A stretch of 64,000 bases of DNA, from the IMG/VR virus record IMGVR_UViG_3300037634_007270. One strand, 5' to 3'. This DNA comes from an uncultured virus (IMG/VR IMGVR_UViG_3300037634_007270). Lineage: Duplodnaviria > Heunggongvirae > Uroviricota > Caudoviricetes. Every line of letters begins with the position of its first letter. The stretch's first letter is position 1. The notes below the pieces were generated by a model that was not told where the DNA came from, made no database searches, and was given only the letters and a program-made list of their open reading frames with translations. A program made the position numbers and the translations under genes. Below are positions 57,811-64,000 of the stretch, piece after piece.

Positions 57811-60800
57811 ATGACAGGCAGGGGAGTTCCGGAAATCGATCAAGATGATCGCAACATATTCGATCCAATATTTGACGCCGCCGAGATCTGGGACTGGGGA
57901 ACTTGGAATCCTAGCCCACCCGTGATCACGGACTGGCCAGATCAAGGAACTCCTATTGATCCAGGGCCCTTTATTCCCGAAGAACCGGCAGACGGCAACC
58001 CTAGGCCAACTGAAATTGTAGTCGAGACTGACGGTCCGGGCTGGTGGATAGGCATCGAAACGACGGTGGAGGAAGAGATGCCATGGGAAGATTGTTGCCC
58101 CCATACCCGCGCAGATATCGACGGCGCCGGCGCAACAGTCTACCCTAGCGTTCCCCTCCCGTCTACGAAATCCATATTTACCGAAGAGGGTGACGGGCAT
58201 TGCCATCCAACTACCAAGATAAGTGAGTTTGTAGCTGTTAAAGTTGTTTTGGCAATGGATATTAATATCATCAGCGCTGCTAAAGCCCTTTCAGGCAGAG
58301 GAGACACAGTTCTTCTTGACAGATTTTTTTCAGCGGCAGAGAGAGATGGGAAAGCACAGATAAATACAATATCTATCAAAAACCATCGAGCCGGCACAGA
58401 AGATAAAACAAGAAAAGTTAAAAAGATCAATGGAGGCTCTAAACAGCAATTTTCATATGATAGCTCCTTTGAGGTATCTAATAAAAACATAAAAGATCTG
58501 GCTGTTTTTTCATATATGTCTTTGGACATTGAAAGAATGCAACAAGATTTTGGATTCGATATGGCATCTAATTTTATAAATAACTCATCAAAAGATTTGT
58601 TTAATTTTAAGGTTTCAATGAACAAAATTATAGAGAAGGGAAATATAGTTGATACTGGCGTTATATTGGTGTTGCCTTCTGGCAAGACTTGGACTGGCGC
58701 ATATCATTATCATCGAGCAAAGGGATTCATGGGTGGAGAAAGACATACCACCAACGCGCATCCTGTTTTGTACCCGCAAAAAGTTATTAATCTCACTGTC
58801 AAGAATCACATGGTAAAAAATGAGATAATGAATCTAGACATTAGTAATATTATGAAAAGCAAACAGTCTAAAATGCTTGAAAGTATAAAGACAGGCTTTG
58901 GCGCGGAAATGGATAAAATCACCAGAAGTTTCATTTCAGAGCCATACAAACAAAAATCAATAGACGGAAAGGCAAGATTCATTTTTCATATTGATCTCGC
59001 CGGCATTTTAAAAATGCAATCAAGATTTCCGGGAATATATAGCAAGGCTGCTTTTAATGGCTCCGCGATTAGGAACATCGAAGTACTTCGCCGCAGGGCA
59101 GCAGACCCAGAGATGCGCCATGGAAGTTTTTCCAAAGTTGGTGTGCCAAAAATATCCGGTGGGCGCTTGTGTAATTTGCCAGAGAAGGAAGATTTAATTT
59201 CTGTTTCTTCGGACATCGCACCCGCCCCAGAATATGTTAATAAAGGGCAACTGACCGCGAGTGACTACAAGACAAAAAAACATTCTCTTGCTAGCAATCG
59301 TATACAAAATTTAGATCAAAAATTGATTGGCTCAATCAAAGAAATTAATGTTGCAAATTCTTCTGATTTGCGCACATTTCTTGTTGTTGATCATGAAATA
59401 GCCGACATGTCGGATGGCGCTTATCAATATGTGGTAAATGTTGAAATTCAAGATCCTACGATTAGATATTTGAACGGCAAGCTTAAAATGATGCAAGCAG
59501 CTAGATTTGCCGCAGAGAAACTTTTTGCCGAGGCATCAGTTCAGAATAATTATAACTCTCTTCATAGGAGCTTTACGCGAAACTATAAAAAACACCAGAA
59601 AAGTCACATGAAAACTCTAACCGCTATAACAATGATTGTTGTTTCGACATTGCAATGCCTTGCTGATACAAAAATGGATAAAAAGATAATATCTTATTTC
59701 CTATCAATAGCTTCAGACATGACAGGCTCCCCAGGTGGAATTGGGACGATAGTTGAAATCTTAAATAATTTAGAAGGAAAAATCATTGATCTTTTGGGAG
59801 ACAATAGATATAGTGTTGGGCTCACCGGAAAAGTTGAGAAAATAAAAACCACACAGAAGAATCTTAATGATTATGGAGCAATAAAAGTAAGAAAAGAATT
59901 TGATGATGTCTTAATGAAAAATGGAGATAAAGATGTCGGATATGAGTTTATACAAACTTCCACACCCAAGCATGCCGGATTTTCGTATGTCAACAGAACA
60001 GATTATGTTACACGCCAACTGCAAGAGAAAGAGAAATATTGGCCACGCAAAGGCGCCCCTCAAAGAATTAGTCCTTCAAAGCTAGACTCATCGCTTTCTT
60101 CGAAGCAGAAAGAAGAGGCTATTACGAGGCTTGGTGAAAATACGACAAATCAATTCACTGTTTCTAAAGTTTATATGGGCGAGTCTTCGATGGAGCTTGT
60201 CGGTGAAAATTCCGAAATTGATAATCTGGATAAATACAAGGATATTGTTGGAAGAATCGTGAACTATAATTCTTCACAGAAATCTTTATACCCCCTAAAT
60301 TCAGAAAATGAAATAGCAGAGGATGTCTTGTCGCAGGTGGGAATAGCAGTTCAATCTGATTCGGGCTGCGAAGACGAAGAATCGTATTTGACTGATACTT
60401 CGACTCTATTTGGAGCAAACAACTTCGATTCAAGGAACATAGACAAAACACTGGAAAGCGATGATGATACATTAGATGATAGATTTATTGCAGAAGCCAC
60501 TAGAGAGATTGCCAATATCATTAATAGCAAGCTTGCTGAGACTGGAGAATTGTCCGCCGGCGGTAATTATGCAGTAAAGTGGACAGGCGCCCCGCGGAAG
60601 AGGACAGATAGAGAGTCTGATATTGCTTTGCGCTTGTCAATTAATAAATTTGACCTTAGAAATGCTGATAACTTGGCGAATGAGTTAAGTGTCCGTCATC
60701 TGCGAGATATGCCACAGGGTATAAGATCTTTGTTTTTCGGAAGAAGTCAATCTTCTAGGAATTGGCTGGATAACCAAAAAGATCTTTTGACTGATCCGGA

Positions 60801-61194
60801 ACTTAAAAATATTTTTAAATTTAACTATTCTAATGTGGTTGAGGTTGAATATTTTGCAGGATATGAGTCCACCAGCTTTGGACACCAACTCAAGGCTCCA
60901 ATCTTTAATCCTTTAACTCCTACAGTTCTAAAATCGATACCAAAGAATGCTCCGCTCCTCTGTAGACTAAAGAAGGTTTTTAATCCACAGATCGGCGTTG
61001 GAATAGACAGAGGCATTGAGTTGGAAGTATTCTCGGAGCACTTTTTGATAACTTCTACGGGAACTCCAAGATATTCTTTTTCAACAAATGTTTCTAATAG
61101 AAGAAGAGAATTAACTAATTATATGATAGAACAAGTCAATAGATTGGCTAGCCTGCAAAATGCTACTGCTATTCATTCGGTTTTGATGAAGTAA
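57811..61194 (+). CDS. large hypothetical virion protein (1127 aa)
   Basis: GGGAG SD; Pro/Trp/acidic N-terminus; His-rich WTGAYHYH...GERH motif. Confidence 0.7.
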   Translation: MTGRGVPEIDQDDRNIFDPIFDAAEIWDWGTWNPSPPVITDWPDQGTPIDPGPFIPEEPADGNPRPTEIVVETDGPGWWIGIETTVEEEMPWEDCCPHTRADIDGAGATVYPSVPLPSTKSIFTEEGDGHCHPTTKISEFVAVKVVLAMDINIISAAKALSGRGDTVLLDRFFSAAERDGKAQINTISIKNHRAGTEDKTRKVKKINGGSKQQFSYDSSFEVSNKNIKDLAVFSYMSLDIERMQQDFGFDMASNFINNSSKDLFNFKVSMNKIIEKGNIVDTGVILVLPSGKTWTGAYHYHRAKGFMGGERHTTNAHPVLYPQKVINLTVKNHMVKNEIMNLDISNIMKSKQSKMLESIKTGFGAEMDKITRSFISEPYKQKSIDGKARFIFHIDLAGILKMQSRFPGIYSKAAFNGSAIRNIEVLRRRAADPEMRHGSFSKVGVPKISGGRLCNLPEKEDLISVSSDIAPAPEYVNKGQLTASDYKTKKHSLASNRIQNLDQKLIGSIKEINVANSSDLRTFLVVDHEIADMSDGAYQYVVNVEIQDPTIRYLNGKLKMMQAARFAAEKLFAEASVQNNYNSLHRSFTRNYKKHQKSHMKTLTAITMIVVSTLQCLADTKMDKKIISYFLSIASDMTGSPGGIGTIVEILNNLEGKIIDLLGDNRYSVGLTGKVEKIKTTQKNLNDYGAIKVRKEFDDVLMKNGDKDVGYEFIQTSTPKHAGFSYVNRTDYVTRQLQEKEKYWPRKGAPQRISPSKLDSSLSSKQKEEAITRLGENTTNQFTVSKVYMGESSMELVGENSEIDNLDKYKDIVGRIVNYNSSQKSLYPLNSENEIAEDVLSQVGIAVQSDSGCEDEESYLTDTSTLFGANNFDSRNIDKTLESDDDTLDDRFIAEATREIANIINSKLAETGELSAGGNYAVKWTGAPRKRTDRESDIALRLSINKFDLRNADNLANELSVRHLRDMPQGIRSLFFGRSQSSRNWLDNQKDLLTDPELKNIFKFNYSNVVEVEYFAGYESTSFGHQLKAPIFNPLTPTVLKSIPKNAPLLCRLKKVFNPQIGVGIDRGIELEVFSEHFLITSTGTPRYSFSTNVSNRRRELTNYMIEQVNRLASLQNATAIHSVLMK

Positions 61195-61204
61195 TGGGTT
61201 TAAT

Positions 61205-64000
61205 ATGAGTCTAACAAAAAAATATATTTATGTCCATCATTGCAGCTTTTCGTTAACACTGGATAATATTCGTAATGTTATGGGAAGGTTTTGGATCCAG
61301 AGTAAGAATACTGGCATGCAATATGGGTTTCCTGTTGATCTTAAGCCATATAAGATGGTTTTTGGCCCAATAACTTCTTGGTCAAGGCGCTATTGGGGCG
61401 CCACAACCCTCCCAGCAAAAACACAGCTTGTTCGCATTGTCGCAAATCCAGATCTTTTTCCAACCTCATGGATCTCGTCTGAACCGGTTCAGCTGGATAT
61501 CCATGGTAATCCGGTACCATCAGAGGAAGAAGAGTGTTGTGGTTGGGAAGATTATCTTAAAAAAATTGATTTCGACAATCATTTTACAAATGGAAATCCA
61601 TCTCAAATATTAAGAAAAATCATCAACACGCGCCTTCACGCTTTAAGTGCCGGCGCAGCTACTGCTTCGTATGAAGATCCTATCTTTGGCGCTGATGGGT
61701 GCGAAGGGTATGTCCAGCCAAAATTGTCACCGCCTGAGCCGCCTGAGTTGCCTGCGGCTGTCAAGCCCCTTTCCTTCTCCATATCACCGCCCGATATCGG
61801 CCCATCCGATCCACCACCGATTCGGGCACCTGGTACCGTATCACTGCCCGATATCGGCCCATCCGATCCACCACCGATTCGGGCACCAGAAGTGCCGCAA
61901 CAAGAAGACATAGGGCAAATTAGGGTATATAGGGATTCATGGTTTGATATCAATACTCCTTTTTCTGGACAAGAAGTTGATTTTTTTGAGGGAGAAACCT
62001 CCGCCCTGCATTCGAATGTTGAATTTGATTATAATTTCTATGCCAAAGGATATGAGGATATGCTGGCAAAAGAAAAAATCCCAGAAGCTAAAGTTCCAAA
62101 CTTATATCTTAATATTGCTCCTGACGGATCTGTTCCGTTCATATTATATCTTAGGAACCAGAGCAAGTGCAGGTATCGTGAGTTTGCCAAGCTTATAACA
62201 TATATCGGATATAAAGATCTTCTTATCCCAATCAAGAATATTTCTTGGGTTAAAAGTCTAGACATATATTCTGAATCTTTGCCTCTAGAGGCAGAAATAT
62301 CTTTCGGTACAGATAATCTAACGGCATATGCCAATTCCATAGAAGATTCTAAAATGGATGCCGTTGTGCTCCGAAGACTTTCCGAAGGCGCCGCAAAACG
62401 CGAGGGCGGATTAATCCTCGGCGCTCCATACACAGATTCTACGAACAATGGAGACAGCCCTCCACTGGAAGAAATTTCAAAGTTTTTCTTTGCAAAGAGA
62501 TATTATACATCAACCAAGGCAGGCACATCTGTAAAACCAATTTTTGGCAAAAAAGATATTAAAACCATCGATTTATATGAGTGGCTGTATGCGCAGAACT
62601 GGCCAGAAATACCACAAAATATAGTTCCATTCCCCGGCCCGCCCAACATTAATTCGAAAGAAGGCGGAGATCATATCTTCATCGGGCCCAATAACCCGAG
62701 CATAGCTATGTCGCTGGCAGAAGGGAAATATAAGAACAGTTTAGAATATATGGCAAATTTCTTAGTTCTCTCGGGAAGAGTTAATGAGCTTACAAACACA
62801 TATCTTCGCTCATACGAGCAGATGATGCTGGGCAAAACTCCACATTCTGAGACTATTGCTTATAGGATAGCCAAATTCGACACGGCGGCTGTTGCGGCCA
62901 ATGACGCTCTTGTACAGGCTGCACTCAGTGAAGAAGGCATCCAAATCGAGTCACTTTCCGATAGTGACTCTACTTCGGCAATCAGCGCTGATGGCTTTTC
63001 TGCCCTAGAGGAGGGTATAACCGATGCCATTTTAGCTGGCGCTGCCGATGGAGTCTCAGTTCAGCCAATTCAGAATATATGGATATCTAATTCATCTAAT
63101 GTTGATATTATAGAATATATTGACACCCAGCTTCTATATGACAAAAGATATACATATGTTGTTTATGCTTATCAGTTGGCGGTTGGAACGGAATATTTTT
63201 ATTCGAAACAGCCAATCACGACAGAGCCCACCCCCTGTCAGGGCAAGTCTGGAATAACATCAGATATATATGGGCCCCTGTCTGATGAGCAGGCATTGCT
63301 TTTACTTAATAATATGTCGACTTCTACAGATTATTATAATACGATAATTAATTTCGTCAACGAAGAAGTTATAAGAAATTTACTAGGAGCCGTTCCAACA
63401 GTATTCGATTGTGAAGGTACAGTAGTAATTGCCGCACTAGAAACATTTGAAGAAATAGTGCACAAGCTTGAGGGCGAATTCGGCGGCGCGTATTATACAG
63501 AATATGTTTCAACAGGCCACAAATTATATATTTTCTGTTATTGTTTTGATTATGAAATAGAAAACATTGGAATTCCTGGGCTTAAGATTCTTGGAGAATA
63601 TTCGCCCCCTGCCGCTGACACGGGCGCAACAAAAGAAGAGCAAGAAGCTGCTTGTGAAATATATACAAAAATGTCTGAATACCTTAAATATGATCCTGAA
63701 TTAAGTGAGAGTGATCTTCTTACGCTAGGCGCCGGCGACTACTTGGAGCCTGAAATAACTGAAACCTACTATACGGCAGAGGAATGTCCGGATGTATATA
63801 AATACGGTACCGACGCCGGCTCCGCCGGCGGCTCAAAGTCCACGACATATACAGGGTGGCTTCCAGGTGAAATTACAAAGGAAGATCCTAATCCTGCTTC
63901 TGTTGCTGTTGACTATACGGTAGTGAAGGAATGGGAGGCGACATGCGAATGCCCTCCTCCCGAGCCCTGCTCGGAATTGTTTTTGGTAACATCGATTCCT
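61205..64000 (+). CDS. large hypothetical virion protein, 3'-truncated (at least 932 aa, absent from ORF track)
   Basis: ATG 61205 gives MSLTKKYIYVHH... The frame is open at the start and end where translated by hand. Absence from the track fits having no stop before the window edge. Confidence 0.8.
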   Translation, partial: MSLTKKYIYVHHCSFSLTLDNIRNVMGRFWIQSKNTGMQYGFPVDLKPYKMVFGPITSWSRRYWGATTLPAKTQLVRIVANPDLFPTSWISSEPVQLDIHGNPVPSEEEECCGWEDYLKKIDFDNHFTNGNPSQILRKIINTRLHALSAGAATASYEDPIFGADGCEGYVQPKLSPPEPPELPAAVKPLSFSISPPDIGPSDPPPIRAPGTVSLPDIGPSDPPPIRAPEVPQQEDIGQIRVYRDSWFDINTPFSGQEVDFFEGETSALHSNVEFDYNFYAKGYEDMLAKEKIPEAKVPNLYLNIAPDGSVPFILYLRNQSKCRYREFAKLITYIGYKDLLIPIKNISWVKSLDIYSESLPLEAEISFGTDNLTAYANSIEDSKMDAVVLRRLSEGAAKREGGLILGAPYTDSTNNGDSPPLEEISKFFFAKRYYTSTKAGTSVKPIFGKKDIKTIDLYEWLYAQNWPEIPQNIVPFPGPPNINSKEGGDHIFIGPNNPSIAMSLAEGKYKNSLEYMANFLVLSGRVNELTNTYLRSYEQMMLGKTPHSETIAYRIAKFDTAAVAANDALVQAALSEEGIQIESLSDSDSTSAISADGFSALEEGITDAILAGAADGVSVQPIQNIWISNSSNVDIIEYIDTQLLYDKRYTYVVYAYQLAVGTEYFYSKQPITTEPTPCQGKSGITSDIYGPLSDEQALLLLNNMSTSTDYYNTIINFVNEEVIRNLLGAVPTVFDCEGTVVIAALETFEEIVHKLEGEFGGAYYTEYVSTGHKLYIFCYCFDYEIENIGIPGLKILGEYSPPAADTGATKEEQEAACEIYTKMSEYLKYDPELSESDLLTLGAGDYLEPEITETYYTAEECPDVYKYGTDAGSAGGSKSTTYTGWLPGEITKEDPNPASVAVDYTVVKEWEATCECPPPEPCSELFLVTSIP
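61782..61887 (+). repeat. 49-bp direct repeat with 57-bp period, in frame
   Basis: TATCAC(C/T)GCCCGATATCGGCCCATCCGATCCACCACCGATTCGGGCACC at 61782 and 61839, encoding S(P/L)PDIGPSDPPPIRAP. Confidence 0.95.

Noticed and set aside
1..64000. Alternative genetic code, introns or inteins
   Set aside because: Long ORFs are intact under the standard code with all three stops used; no split genes or intein termini were recognised.

Overview
This 64 kb window looks like part of a large (jumbo-type) tailed phage genome. Genes are densely packed and essentially all on the + strand, and no host housekeeping operons are present. There are four blocks. (1) 1-10.6 kb is an accessory block with two vWA surface proteins and an array of small acidic ORFs that share a near-identical N-terminal leader (MKITKxxLKQIIKEEL...[LIV]xE). 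It also holds a HAD phosphatase, an HExxH protein and a ligase-motif/HIGH-nucleotidyltransferase fusion. (2) 10.6-16.3 kb holds a complete tmRNA, a candidate small structured RNA, an Hc1-like DNA-binding protein, PIN-PhoH and a PD-(D/E)XK nuclease. (3) 16.3-31.5 kb is a glycan-synthesis cluster: GT4, GT2 and GT29-like transferases, NeuB/NeuA, three sulfotransferase-like ORFs, methyltransferases, an epimerase and UDP-glucose dehydrogenase. (4) 31.5-64 kb holds a gp55-like sigma factor followed by a contractile-tail/baseplate module (M23 peptidase, gp25-like, gp6-like and several very large virion proteins). Two promoter classes are visible: sigma70 consensus and a recurring ACTA(N)TTA motif. 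The best candidate for an undescribed system is the shared-leader cassette array, read as a capsid-targeting, protease-cleaved cargo system that may also deliver RNA-repair-like enzymes. All product calls come from motif recognition by eye; no database search or folding computation was run.
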